Origin: a virus
DNA: 60,087 bases
Strand: one strand, 5' to 3'
IMG/VR virus record: IMGVR_UViG_3300045988_173323
A program made the translations under genes and the position numbers. A model generated the notes under the pieces. It saw only the letters and a program-made list of their open reading frames with translations, was not told where the DNA came from and made no database searches. Of this stretch, positions 35,101 through 44,967 are shown piece by piece; position 1 is the stretch's first letter, and each line of letters starts with the position of its first letter.

Positions 35101-36746
35101 AAGATGAAAATAATAACAATAAAAAAGTTGCAGATATCTATATACCAGTACATTTATATTTGAATAGATTTAATAATGCGGCTATAAATGATTGGGATGG
35201 TAATAGTGTTAATGTAAATAGCAATGGCGGATTTATCCTATCCCCGCAAGTTGGAGCAGGAATAAAAGATAATAGTAATGCTTTTACAGGTATTGTTATG
35301 GGAAAAGTACAAGAAGCTAATCAGAATAATATTGAGGTAGGATTATTCGGATATAATAAAGGTCAAAGAAATATATTCTTAGACGCGGAAACGGGTAAAG
35401 CTATTTTTGGTGTTAATAATGGCGGACAAATTATTTTAGATCCTTCTGATGGAAAAGCTGAAATAAAGTCTGGAAATTATAAAGATGGAGTAGGTGGCAT
35501 GTTAATTGATTTAACTACGCCAGAAATTAAATTTGGGACAGGCTATTTTAGTGTTAATAGTAGTGGCTATTTAACAGCAAAAGGTGGAGGAAGTATTGCT
35601 GGATGGAATATTGGTGAAAATACTCTATCTAAAGGTAGTGTAATTTTAAGTTCAGACAATTCTGAACAAACTAACAAAGCTTTTAAAGTGGGAAATGTTT
35701 TTAGTGTAGATTATAATGGATTTTTAGTAGCTCAACAAGCAACCATAGGTAGTGGAACAGCCAAAATTACTGTGGGTATGAATCAAACAAAAGCATACAG
35801 TGCTATTTATAGTGGGGATAAAAATGGATTACAAGTAAAGGAAAAAGGCTTTTACTTAGGAACAAATGGAATTGGGCTTGGAACGACCGAAAAAGTAAAA
35901 AGTAAAATAGTAAGCAAATTTCAAGTAGATGATGAAGGAAATTTTTATGCCGCTTCAGGATGTATTGGTTTTGGAAAGGATCCTTTAGAAATAACAAGTA
36001 ATGGTTTGTGTAAAGGTAAAACAACCTATAATGATAATAACGAAGGAGTTTATTTAGGGTCGAATGGAATTGGATTAGGTGCGAAGAATTTTACAGTTAA
36101 TGCTGCTGGATATTTAACTGCAAAGAGCGGAAAAATTGGAGGCTGGGAAATTAGTGACTCTAGTTTAGTAGGAACAGAGAAGAAAAAAGATAAGGAAGAA
36201 AAGAAAATAACTTTAAATCCAGCAACAGGCATAAATTTTAATGATCTTTTTACAGTTAATCAAAATGGATACTTAACTGCAAAAAGCGGAGAGATTGGAG
36301 GCTGTACTATAACAGGTAGTGGCATCTCTGGCTCTACTAAAGGAGGAGCATCTTGGAGCATACAAGGAGATGGCACAGCTAGCTTTACTAATGTATTAAT
36401 AAATGGAAAGTCAATTATATCAGCAGGTACTCAAATTGGCACGGAATATGATAGTAATGGAAATGTTTCAAAACAATCAGATTTGCCTAAGTATATAGGA
36501 AGTCAATCTGGGGGAGCTTTGTCATCTAATTTAGGTAATAATGATTATGTAAAAAATAGAGCTTCAGAATCAGATCAATATGAGGTAGGTTGGTTTTTAG
36601 GAATTGTACAAATAGACAAAATATCTCTTGATGTAAAAAATAAAACTGCATCATTATGGTATAAACGGATGCCTTTTTTAAGTAAAGGATCAGTGTCAAG
36701 CAGTGATGCCCATGGATTAGCTTTTGATTATATAGGAGAAAAATAA
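32133..36746 (+). CDS. large tail fibre / distal tail structural protein (1537 aa) with repeated GYLTAKxGxIGGW and G(F/V)YLGxNGIGLG motifs
   Basis: Its size and position after the tape measure gene; the C-terminal third carries three diverged repeats. Confidence 0.6.
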   Translation: MYKLSNNIESNICKAIDIIVKKAVNQASYDKTIQATILSCVDATIGKYKVKYQDSTFYAYSGNSDTTYTDGSNVYILIPGNDMKKDKTILGTTKKLGINYIATSEGEESYEPIGNNCISSSITFGLSSYSKVGQEKILYSRDFPNKNLIKVDSASAEEYIKQSANLICSMKVRTSLPPEQQSRGNYGIIFALDFLDNATNKTITRNYVIDVDKMTGNPYKLVYSTKQYGIFDIDGINFKSIKEIKLFCYNFPNSKENYIDDIFIEDLQFYGVAKLSEEDINGCSLSIITPQGNFFNKNANKNDYKKLQAQVRVKGKVIDNNSQKLPFYWFVEDINITSKSLGYHKYGGQGWRCLNKYNIIQDANEENGEAAIVEYVALDSEYKVYFEDVIAKETKYKCVVIYDESALEKQIVIKNYNSNYQFSLVSDLGEQFYYDVGYPTLTCLMNGEQIKDTGNYEFSWITVDSIGGFSNLEETTAENEEYNKAVKNKKNLEKAISDGTKYYEVVKDELDRYNAVIEKYNTITRVEKDKIIHIDVRSITRNKTYKCAVYYIRNGNKTFLGSASITLTNSLGTEGSYTLVINNGIQTFKYNENGISPASKSLEKPIILQALTFTIYNNLGQPIDDEVAKHCKIKWIVPSKNTMLKISSDYNNVKKDEDLINNTTTYNNITTLTYGIEDKYSVNKVRNNIQLAVEYKEMNLIAETNFTFVKEGESGTNGTDIVCKIVPNVEDGKPIPVYPILTKSGATYSFNFEKKKNAESNFKIEIWKDGEIVFSGSTTSGNTTVVWSVLKNKYGLDYGNSSGTDYSFIQINAQNGNVTEAVTGKEPKEPLAWGRLGVANIIKATVKYDGVTYYVTMPIIVAEIYDYNYKVNLKDYTGFRYVIYNADGRKPKYDNATPFTLEVKKRMQEANGYVDISTNSKTNYTWDRKGSILEYHQSSGTNDSTCWEEKSSLHLIDISPENISINQHSYKPIDNYDGQCVNNGIVCTIKDENNNNKKVADIYIPVHLYLNRFNNAAINDWDGNSVNVNSNGGFILSPQVGAGIKDNSNAFTGIVMGKVQEANQNNIEVGLFGYNKGQRNIFLDAETGKAIFGVNNGGQIILDPSDGKAEIKSGNYKDGVGGMLIDLTTPEIKFGTGYFSVNSSGYLTAKGGGSIAGWNIGENTLSKGSVILSSDNSEQTNKAFKVGNVFSVDYNGFLVAQQATIGSGTAKITVGMNQTKAYSAIYSGDKNGLQVKEKGFYLGTNGIGLGTTEKVKSKIVSKFQVDDEGNFYAASGCIGFGKDPLEITSNGLCKGKTTYNDNNEGVYLGSNGIGLGAKNFTVNAAGYLTAKSGKIGGWEISDSSLVGTEKKKDKEEKKITLNPATGINFNDLFTVNQNGYLTAKSGEIGGCTITGSGISGSTKGGASWSIQGDGTASFTNVLINGKSIISAGTQIGTEYDSNGNVSKQSDLPKYIGSQSGGALSSNLGNNDYVKNRASESDQYEVGWFLGIVQIDKISLDVKNKTASLWYKRMPFLSKGSVSSSDAHGLAFDYIGEK
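35564..36325 (+). repeat. three diverged about 60-bp intragenic repeats encoding the GYLTAK(G/S)G.I(A/G)G(W/C) motif
   Basis: The DNA units are at about 35564-35625, 36108-36165 and 36266-36325; their similarity was seen directly. Confidence 0.55.
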
Positions 36747-37013
36747 ATGAGTAATAATAACAATAATATAGATCTAAATATTCAATGTTATAAATTTTCA
36801 CAAGATTTAATAACATTAATAAGCAATAGCGGTTTGCCTATTACCGTAGCTTATTTAATTTTAAAAGATACTTGTCAACAAGTTGAAAAAACAAAAAATA
36901 ATTATTTATCAATGCTATCTTCAGAATCTATAGAAAAAGTTTCTGTGCCTTTAAGTATTAATGAAGAAGATAATCAAGATAATAAAGAAGATTTAGAAGA
37001 AAAGGAGAATTAA
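36747..37013 (+). CDS. small acidic protein (88 aa, N-terminal poly-Asn)
   Basis: ORF track entry. Confidence 0.4.
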   Translation: MSNNNNNIDLNIQCYKFSQDLITLISNSGLPITVAYLILKDTCQQVEKTKNNYLSMLSSESIEKVSVPLSINEEDNQDNKEDLEEKEN

Positions 37014-37014
37014 T

Positions 37015-37398
37015 ATGGTAGATGTATTAATGGTATTTTTAAAATTAGTTATTATGGTTGTTGTTCCAGTAGCAACATCAGTTTTAACATTCTTATTAAA
37101 AACTTATCTTGAAGAACTAATTAACAAAAATGTTCAAAATGAAACTGCGGATGCTCTAAAGAAAGGACTAAATATTATTTTAGATTCAGTTAATTATGTT
37201 CAACAGACATACGTAGATAATTTAAAGAAAGAAGATAAGTTTACCGCGGAAGCTCAGTCTAAAGCTCTTCAAAGTGCGAAACAACGTGCTATTGAATTAA
37301 TGAATACTGATGTCCAATCCGCGATTGAAGCTAGTTACGGTAACTTAGATACTTATGTTACTACAGTAATAGAAAGTTTAATAAAGAAAAATAAATAA
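37015..37398 (+). CDS. N-terminally membrane-anchored coiled-coil protein (127 aa)
   Basis: The N-terminal hydrophobic stretch is MVFLKLVIMVVVPVATSVLTFLL. Confidence 0.45.
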   Translation: MVDVLMVFLKLVIMVVVPVATSVLTFLLKTYLEELINKNVQNETADALKKGLNIILDSVNYVQQTYVDNLKKEDKFTAEAQSKALQSAKQRAIELMNTDVQSAIEASYGNLDTYVTTVIESLIKKNK

Positions 37399-37408
37399 GA
37401 AAGGAGAG

Positions 37409-37434
37409 AGGCGGGTTCATCCCGCCTATTTTTA
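37409..37434 (+). terminator. rho-independent terminator/attenuator (AGGCGGG-TTCAT-CCCGCCT + TATTTTT)
   Basis: Seen directly. It sits between an AAGGAGAGAGG RBS-like element and the ATG at 37437. Confidence 0.5.
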
Positions 37435-37436
37435 GT

Positions 37437-38837
37437 ATGGATAAAATTAAATCAGCAAAAATATCTTTAGATGATGGTGCTAGTTATAGTGAAGAAATTC
37501 CTATTGGGGTAGAAGCTTCTAATGTAGACCTACCAGATGGAACTAACTTAGGTGAATATTTAGAAGATATGAAAATTGCAAATGAACTTAAAGCAAGTTT
37601 AAAATCCGCCAGATTACGTAATTATCAAGGAGAAGTTCCTGTTGGAGCGAGAAGCTTGACCATTGGATCAAATAATAGGGCAGTTGGAGAAGATTCTTTT
37701 GCAGAAGGAAAAGCAACTTATGCAGTAGGTAATTTTTGCCATGCTGAAGGTAATGGTACTACTGCGGGTTTTAAGGATACTTCAACTGGTAAAACAACTT
37801 ATGCAGCACATGCTGAAGGCGGTAATACTCAAGCTTTAGGAATGTATTCTCATGCGGAAGGATATAATACAATAGCTAAGGCAAATATGTCTCATTGCGA
37901 GGGATTTGGTGGAGAGGCAAAAGGTACTAGTTCTCATGTAGAAGGACTTGGAACTATTTCTCATGCTTCATATCAGCACGTACAAGGAAAATATAATGTA
38001 GAAGATATTGAAAATAAGTATGCCCATATTGTAGGCGGTGGCACAGGCAGTTCTGAGGATCAAAGAAAAAATATTCACACTCTTGATTGGCATGGTAATG
38101 CCGTATATTCAGGAGATGTAATCATAACTGTTGAAGATGAACAGATACCTCTTTCTTCTATAGTCGACGTTTTTCGTACTGGAGCCGCGGCTCATAATTC
38201 TGTATACAGAGGAAAATTTTTAGGAGATACTATTACTTCAGAACAGGCTTCTGCAATTAGTGATGGAACTTTTAGAGATTTATATTTAGGCGATTATTGG
38301 ACTGTTAATGGAGTCAATTATAGGATAGCGGATTTTGATTATTGGATAAATAAAGGCTTTCCAGAGATTGATAAAACAAAAGTTCATCATCTTGCTATTG
38401 TTCCAGATAGTTGTTTAGCCACTGGACAAATGAATTCTTCCCTTACTACCAATGGTGGATATATAGGTTCTGGAATGAAAATAAATATATTAAATACTGT
38501 TACATCAAATTTACCAGATACTTTTAAATCAAGAATACTATCTCGTAGAGTTATGGTTGAAGGAACTTGGATTGTTACTACATTAGATCTAATGAATGAA
38601 GTGATGGCATATGGCTGCTATATTTATACCCATAACAATAATAAACAAACCTCTGACAATAGACAATTAAATTTATTTCGTTTCAATTCAGATTTACTAA
38701 ATATCAATAATAATTATTGGTTGAGAGATGTATCAAGCGAAACTAGGTTTTGTTTAGTTTCTCAATATGGAGATGCGAGTAGAGATGATGCTACTAGCAC
38801 TTATGACGTTAGACCTGTTTTTGCGATAGGTGGTTAA
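37437..38837 (+). CDS. tail fibre / receptor-binding protein with tandem (S)HAEG-x-NT beta-helix-type repeats (466 aa)
   Basis: The repeats read CHAEGNGTTAG...AHAEGGNTQALG...SHAEGYNTIAKA...SHCEGFGGEAKG...SHVEGLGTIS. Confidence 0.55.
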   Translation: MDKIKSAKISLDDGASYSEEIPIGVEASNVDLPDGTNLGEYLEDMKIANELKASLKSARLRNYQGEVPVGARSLTIGSNNRAVGEDSFAEGKATYAVGNFCHAEGNGTTAGFKDTSTGKTTYAAHAEGGNTQALGMYSHAEGYNTIAKANMSHCEGFGGEAKGTSSHVEGLGTISHASYQHVQGKYNVEDIENKYAHIVGGGTGSSEDQRKNIHTLDWHGNAVYSGDVIITVEDEQIPLSSIVDVFRTGAAAHNSVYRGKFLGDTITSEQASAISDGTFRDLYLGDYWTVNGVNYRIADFDYWINKGFPEIDKTKVHHLAIVPDSCLATGQMNSSLTTNGGYIGSGMKINILNTVTSNLPDTFKSRILSRRVMVEGTWIVTTLDLMNEVMAYGCYIYTHNNNKQTSDNRQLNLFRFNSDLLNINNNYWLRDVSSETRFCLVSQYGDASRDDATSTYDVRPVFAIGG

Positions 38838-38935
38838 TATAGGTTTTTAGTAGCTCTATATGGGTAGAACTATTTAATTACTTTTTTCTTTTTTTAAAAT
38901 ATTATGAAGAAAGACAAAATAGGAGGGCAAGTTTT

Positions 38936-39418
38936 GTGATAGAGCTATTAGCAAAATATTCTTTATCAGAAATTGTTGCTTTTTTAGTTACTTTTGCTTT
39001 GGCTATAAAAGGAGTTATTTCTTTTTATGATTGGGCAACTGAACGATTAAAAAAAGCTTTTAGTAAAGAAACTCAAAGAGATAAAGAAAAAGAAGTATTA
39101 GAAGAAAGATTAGTTTATGGAGCTGATAAAATGCGGGCTTTAGATAAACAACAGAAACAAACTAATGAACAATTAAAGGCAATTCATAAACAACTAGAAA
39201 TGTTAATTTCTTCTGATAAAGATGATATAAAAGCTGATTTAACTAAAGATCATCATTATTTTTGTTATAAAAAAAAGTGGATAGATGATTATAGCTTAGA
39301 TTGTATGCAAAGAAGATTTGAAAGATATGTAGAAGAAGGCGGCAATTCTTTTATTGAAAAATTGATGGATGAAGTTAAAGATCTACCAAACCAGCCGCCT
39401 TCTGATTTAGATAATTGA
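38936..39418 (+). CDS. N-terminally membrane-anchored coiled-coil protein (160 aa; GTG start)
   Basis: The transmembrane segment is IVAFLVTFALAIKGVISF. Confidence 0.4.
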   Translation: MIELLAKYSLSEIVAFLVTFALAIKGVISFYDWATERLKKAFSKETQRDKEKEVLEERLVYGADKMRALDKQQKQTNEQLKAIHKQLEMLISSDKDDIKADLTKDHHYFCYKKKWIDDYSLDCMQRRFERYVEEGGNSFIEKLMDEVKDLPNQPPSDLDN

Positions 39419-39450
39419 ATTGAATTAAAGAGAAAAAAGGAGAAAATAAT

Positions 39451-42171
39451 ATGGCAAGCATAGGAAATAATTTATATCCCCCAATTATAGATACATTTAT
39501 GCCAGCCTTTATACGAACTCAAACTTGTAGAGTTTATTTTTCATTGTCAAGATATAATGATATAAAAGAAATAATGAACGCACAGATTATCGTAAGTAAT
39601 CAAAGTACTAACGCATCTGTACTAGATTCCGTCGCTTACCCCGTGGGCATAAAAGTATCTAATATTTTGATTGATTCAGAAAGAATTACTGATGATAAAT
39701 ATTATGTAGAAATAAATCCCTCAGATTTAGCAGGAAATAGGGGGTTTGGAGTTAATCAATTTTATAAAGTTCAAATTCGTTTTACTAGTACAAATGCTAC
39801 TAGTTTTCCAAGCGATACCAATAAAATAGCTAGTTGGTTATCAAGTAATGAAAGTTATTTTTCTGAATGGTCTACGGTTTGTGTTATTAAAGGCATAGAG
39901 AAGCCACAATTATCTATTGTAGGATTCGAGAATGGACTAGACCAAGAAATTATTTTTACAAATCAAGTTACATCAATAGTAGGTTCAATGTATTATTCTG
40001 CTAATTCTACTCTTGAAAAAGAATTTTTAAAAACCTATCAGATTCAAATTTATAATAGTGAGACAGAGGAAGCAAAGCCTGTTATAGATAGTGGGATTTT
40101 ATATTCTAATCCATATAGTCCTAATGAAATTAATTATACTTTAAATTATCAATTAGAAGAAGGAACTCAGTATAGAGTAGATATTACCTATACTACAAAT
40201 AATTATTATACTTCTACACAATCGTATAATTTCATTATTATTAGTTATGGAATAGATAGGTTAAATGCCACTATAACCGCATTAGATGATCTTGATGAAG
40301 GGCGAGTTAAAATTCATATATTAAGTACAAAAGATGAAACTTTTTTTGGAAACGTTACAATCAGAAGAACCTCCAGTAACAGTAATTTTCAAGTTTGGGA
40401 AGATATATATACAATTAGTATTGTTGCGAGTGAAAAACTGGATTTGACTTGGTACGACTATACCGTTGAGAGCGGCGTTTGGTATAAGTATTGTGCCCAG
40501 AAAACAAATGAGCGTGGAGACCGAGGTCCGATAATTCAAATTGATAGTCCAATCATGCTAAATCTTGAAGATAGTTATTTAAGTGCGAATGGAAAACACT
40601 TAAAATTAAAATTTGATAATCAGATTTCTTCTTTCCAACATACTATTTCAGAAACTAAGACGGACACCATAGGCTCTCAATTTCCATATATTAGAAGAAA
40701 TGGCAATATGAATTATCGTCAGTTTCCTATCACTGGATTGATAACTAGCTTTTGCGATGAACAAGAATTATTTACTAGCAAAGATGAGATTTATGGTGAA
40801 AGTAAAAATCTTTATAAAGAATATAACAGTGAACAGAATATTTCTGATTATAGAGATTTTATATATGAGAAGAAGTTTCGAGATAAGGTATTGGATTTTT
40901 TATATGAAGATTCTGTTAAACTTTTTAGGTCAACAACAGAAGGAAATATATTAGTTAAGTTAATGGATATTACTTTAACCCCTAATCAAACGTTAGGTAG
41001 AATGTTATATTCATTTTCCGCGAACGCATATGAAATAGATGAAAGTAATTTGGTCAATTATAATAAATATAATATTCAATTAAGTGGAGAAACAGTATCA
41101 TATATAGAAGGTACTTTTTCTAAAATTGGTCAACTATATGGAGAATTTAGAAAGAATACCAATATTTTTTCTATAATTTCAGAAAAATATGTAGAATCTA
41201 GTAAAACAGGTGTAATAAATGTTCCTCAATATTTAAGCTATTTGAAAGTTGAATTTAATTCAAAGCCTTATTTAATTGTAGATGGAAGTAATCCCCGCCC
41301 TGCGTTACCAAATGAAAAATCAAATAACTTAGTTCAAGGATATATAATGACGATTAATGGAAAAAATGTTATAGTAAAAGAACGCGGTTTTTATGAACTA
41401 AGAGATGAAGGTATTAACATAACTTCACTAGTTTTCCCTGTTGACTGTAATGTTACTATTGATTATGTTTATGTTTATACAAAAGAAGAAGATACTCGCA
41501 GAAAAGTTGATAGAGTTTATTATACTCAAAAGGTTGGTCAATTATTTGGTACTTTTGATATAAAAGATCTTTTAATAAATAAAGTTTACTCAAAATATTT
41601 TGAAGATACTAAAACGTATTATCAAAAATTAGTTTCTATAAATGGAATTAATGTAGAAGCTAATCCAGGAGTTGTTATTTATGTACAAGATTCAGAAGAT
41701 GAAAGTTTATTTAGACACGTAATTGGAGAAACTGGAGTTTTACAGCTATATAGTGATGACGCAGTTATTCAAGGTTTTTATTTTGGCGGATTTCACCTAA
41801 CTGAATTTACTGGAGAGAATTTAGAAGTTATGAACTTGGATAGTCAATATATAGAAACTGGCATTGAAGCGAATGATTTTAATAAGATAAAAAATCCTAT
41901 TCCGAATGGAGTTTACAAAATAAGAGATTATAGTATACATAGTGATAGATATGAAAATCCGATGTTATTTTTGTCATCAAATAAAGGAATAGTTAAAGAT
42001 TCAGTAACTCAAAAGTATATATTGCTATTGAGACAGTTAATCAATAATAGATTCATTTATTTTAGAGACAAATGGTATGTATTTAATGATAATGGAGATG
42101 TTCTTTGTCCAATAGATGCATTAATAGATTATTTTTGTGAAATAGAGAAAGGAGAGTATTCAGCAACATGA
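39451..42171 (+). CDS. baseplate / tail structural protein (906 aa)
   Basis: ORF track entry; an RBS (AAAGGAGAAAA) is present. Confidence 0.5.
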   Translation: MASIGNNLYPPIIDTFMPAFIRTQTCRVYFSLSRYNDIKEIMNAQIIVSNQSTNASVLDSVAYPVGIKVSNILIDSERITDDKYYVEINPSDLAGNRGFGVNQFYKVQIRFTSTNATSFPSDTNKIASWLSSNESYFSEWSTVCVIKGIEKPQLSIVGFENGLDQEIIFTNQVTSIVGSMYYSANSTLEKEFLKTYQIQIYNSETEEAKPVIDSGILYSNPYSPNEINYTLNYQLEEGTQYRVDITYTTNNYYTSTQSYNFIIISYGIDRLNATITALDDLDEGRVKIHILSTKDETFFGNVTIRRTSSNSNFQVWEDIYTISIVASEKLDLTWYDYTVESGVWYKYCAQKTNERGDRGPIIQIDSPIMLNLEDSYLSANGKHLKLKFDNQISSFQHTISETKTDTIGSQFPYIRRNGNMNYRQFPITGLITSFCDEQELFTSKDEIYGESKNLYKEYNSEQNISDYRDFIYEKKFRDKVLDFLYEDSVKLFRSTTEGNILVKLMDITLTPNQTLGRMLYSFSANAYEIDESNLVNYNKYNIQLSGETVSYIEGTFSKIGQLYGEFRKNTNIFSIISEKYVESSKTGVINVPQYLSYLKVEFNSKPYLIVDGSNPRPALPNEKSNNLVQGYIMTINGKNVIVKERGFYELRDEGINITSLVFPVDCNVTIDYVYVYTKEEDTRRKVDRVYYTQKVGQLFGTFDIKDLLINKVYSKYFEDTKTYYQKLVSINGINVEANPGVVIYVQDSEDESLFRHVIGETGVLQLYSDDAVIQGFYFGGFHLTEFTGENLEVMNLDSQYIETGIEANDFNKIKNPIPNGVYKIRDYSIHSDRYENPMLFLSSNKGIVKDSVTQKYILLLRQLINNRFIYFRDKWYVFNDNGDVLCPIDALIDYFCEIEKGEYSAT

Positions 42172-44195
42172 GATATCCTTATTTAAAAGACTCTTCTTTT
42201 TTAAAAGAAATTGATAAATTAAAAATAAAGGAGCAATTTGTAAAGATTATATTATTAGATTTTTATGAGAACCCAATAAGAGAAATACAGGGAAAAGCTA
42301 TAAGTGGTAGCTTAAATTTAGAAGGGGAATCAAATATTAGAAGGACTTGCAATTTAACTATGGTTGCAAGTCCTTTTGAAAATGATCTAACTAATATAAA
42401 TAATCTTATTTCTATAAATAAAAAGATTCAATTAGAAATAGGAATTTTAAATACTACAAAAAAATATCAAGAGTATAAAATAATCTGGTTTCCGCAAGGT
42501 GTTTTTGTTAATATTAACTCATCTATTTCACATTCTACTAGTGACGTAACTATATCATTACAGATGAAAGATAAAATGTGTTTACTTAATGGAGAGTGCG
42601 GAGGCATTATTCCTGCTTCTACAACTTTTCACGAATATGAGACAACTGATGAAAATGGTAATACAGTAATAAGTAATCCAACAATTTATCAGATTATTCA
42701 AGAGGTAGTTAATCATTTTGGCGGAGAACAGCTAAGTAAAATTATTATTAGTGATATTGATCTCCGCATTAAGAAGGTTATGAAATGGACAGGAAGTTCT
42801 CCTTTCTACTTGATAAAAAAAATGAAAAATAATACTATTCAATATTTGCCTACTACTAACGCAGATGAACTTACAAAAGAAGATGTTCAAGAGTATAAAA
42901 TATATGAATATGGAGAAGATATAGGATATGTATACACAGACTTCGTCTATCCAGGAGAATTAATTGGAGATGCTGGAAGCACTGTATGTGATATTTTAGA
43001 CTCTATTAAAGACACTTTAGGGAATTATGAATATTTTTATGATGTAGAAGGAAATTTTATTTTTCAAGAAATTAAAAATTATTTAAACAATTCTCAAACA
43101 AAAGTTGAATTAAATAATATGACAAATGACAATTATTTAATTGATATGAGTAAAGGCAAGTCAGTTTATACTTTTGATGATAGTTGTTTGGTTACTTCTT
43201 ATTCAAATAGCCCGCAATATGGAATGATAAAAAATGATTTTATAGTATGGGGTATGAAAGAAAATGAGAATGGAAACACAATGCCTATTCGTTATCATTT
43301 AGCTATTGATTCTAAGCCTAAAGTTGGAAATACTTATAAATGTTTTTTCTATGAAGATCCAGATGATAAAATTAAAAAGGCTAAATGCCCTATTACTTTT
43401 CCTACTTTTTCTGACTTTCCAAAGGAAGGTAAAGCAGATGTTTTTTATATGGCTAAAGATTCAGGTATAATATATAAATGGGTTACTTCAGAAAATGGAG
43501 ATGAAAAATATATTGCTATAGAGAATCAATTAACTTCCATTATTACTTCTGATTGGCGGACTGAGTTATATCTATCTGGTGTTAACGGAGAGCCTTTAGG
43601 TTCAGATTCTAATTATTATTATACTGAGCTATTGAATGAGTGGCCCAAGCTCTATGATATTGAGAACGGGAAATTTTATGATGAAAATTTAAAGACACCA
43701 AGTGATATAGATTATTTTTTAGATTTCATAGATTCTTCAGCGTCAATTTCTGAACTTAGTATATCTAATATAGGAAGAAGAACTAAAGTTATTAATGATG
43801 ATAAGATAAATTGTATTTTTGAGCCAGAGATTCCAGATTTAGTATTATTAAATTTAGCGGATAAGAATGTTGAAGAGCTAAGGACAGAATGTGATAACAA
43901 AGGACAAGATTATGTACAACTGGAAGATAGAATTTTTAATATGATTGTTGCAGGAGGAAAATCTAATTCCGCGTATAATATGGTTCGAGAACTTCTATAT
44001 CAATATACTAGTTATAATGAAAGTATTACAATAGATGCATTACCAATTTATTATTTAGAGCCTAATGTTAGAATTACAGTAAGAGATAGTCTAAGTGGAA
44101 TCTACGGAGACTATATGATAAAAAGTATCTCTCTTCCATTAGACATATCTAGTACAATGTCGATATCTTGTACAAGAGCTTTAGAAAGATTTTAA
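42168..44195 (+). CDS. baseplate / tail structural protein (675 aa)
   Basis: ORF track entry; ATGA coupling with the previous gene. Confidence 0.5.
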   Translation: MRYPYLKDSSFLKEIDKLKIKEQFVKIILLDFYENPIREIQGKAISGSLNLEGESNIRRTCNLTMVASPFENDLTNINNLISINKKIQLEIGILNTTKKYQEYKIIWFPQGVFVNINSSISHSTSDVTISLQMKDKMCLLNGECGGIIPASTTFHEYETTDENGNTVISNPTIYQIIQEVVNHFGGEQLSKIIISDIDLRIKKVMKWTGSSPFYLIKKMKNNTIQYLPTTNADELTKEDVQEYKIYEYGEDIGYVYTDFVYPGELIGDAGSTVCDILDSIKDTLGNYEYFYDVEGNFIFQEIKNYLNNSQTKVELNNMTNDNYLIDMSKGKSVYTFDDSCLVTSYSNSPQYGMIKNDFIVWGMKENENGNTMPIRYHLAIDSKPKVGNTYKCFFYEDPDDKIKKAKCPITFPTFSDFPKEGKADVFYMAKDSGIIYKWVTSENGDEKYIAIENQLTSIITSDWRTELYLSGVNGEPLGSDSNYYYTELLNEWPKLYDIENGKFYDENLKTPSDIDYFLDFIDSSASISELSISNIGRRTKVINDDKINCIFEPEIPDLVLLNLADKNVEELRTECDNKGQDYVQLEDRIFNMIVAGGKSNSAYNMVRELLYQYTSYNESITIDALPIYYLEPNVRITVRDSLSGIYGDYMIKSISLPLDISSTMSISCTRALERF

Positions 44196-44216
44196 TAATA
44201 AGAAAGGAGAAAACTT

Positions 44217-44957
44217 ATGTATCAAATAGGTCAATTTCGTAGAACTCAATTACCTATAGATAGATATAAAATTACCAAACAAGGTGAAATTGTAAGCGTA
44301 AAAAGTACCTTAAAAAGCAGTAATGGTGAAGAAGATGACTCTTTTGTTTTTGAAAATAAAGGACTTTTATTAGAAGGTAGTAATGTTTTAGATAATCAAA
44401 CTAGTTATTATTTAAAGTTTACTGTTTATAAGAAAACTTCTGGAGAACAAAGTTTTGACTTAATTTTAAAGAATAGTGATGTTTCAAACAAAGAAACTCA
44501 GACTATAGAGTCTTTTGTTGCGGCGAAGTTAGTAGAGGGAGAAAAAAATAATAAAGTAACTTTCGAAGTAATTATTTCTCCTAATTCAACATATAATCAA
44601 ATTGTTTTCGATTTAGATAGAACTTCAATAGATTTAAAAGAAGCTAATCAAGAGAAAGAGGATGTAGTTGGAAGAGTTATGAATATTGAAGTTAATGATT
44701 TTTATGCTATTCATAATATAATTGAAGATTTATCTTCTAATCTTAATTATTCTGATTTAGAAGAGCTAGCTAAAATCGGCGTACAAGGACCGCCTGGATT
44801 GATTATGTGTATCAACAGGGAACAGATTAGAATAGGTAGAACTGGAATATATGAATTAAATAATGGGATGAAGATTCAATCTATTGGTTTTATTTTAAAA
44901 AAATCTGATTTTTATTTAGATGGAACTGATTATTTCATAATGGATTTCCAGTATTAA
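44217..44957 (+). CDS. tail structural protein (246 aa)
   Basis: ORF track entry; an RBS (AAAGGAGAAAA) is present. Confidence 0.45.
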   Translation: MYQIGQFRRTQLPIDRYKITKQGEIVSVKSTLKSSNGEEDDSFVFENKGLLLEGSNVLDNQTSYYLKFTVYKKTSGEQSFDLILKNSDVSNKETQTIESFVAAKLVEGEKNNKVTFEVIISPNSTYNQIVFDLDRTSIDLKEANQEKEDVVGRVMNIEVNDFYAIHNIIEDLSSNLNYSDLEELAKIGVQGPPGLIMCINREQIRIGRTGIYELNNGMKIQSIGFILKKSDFYLDGTDYFIMDFQY

Positions 44958-44967
44958 GGAGGTTAGA

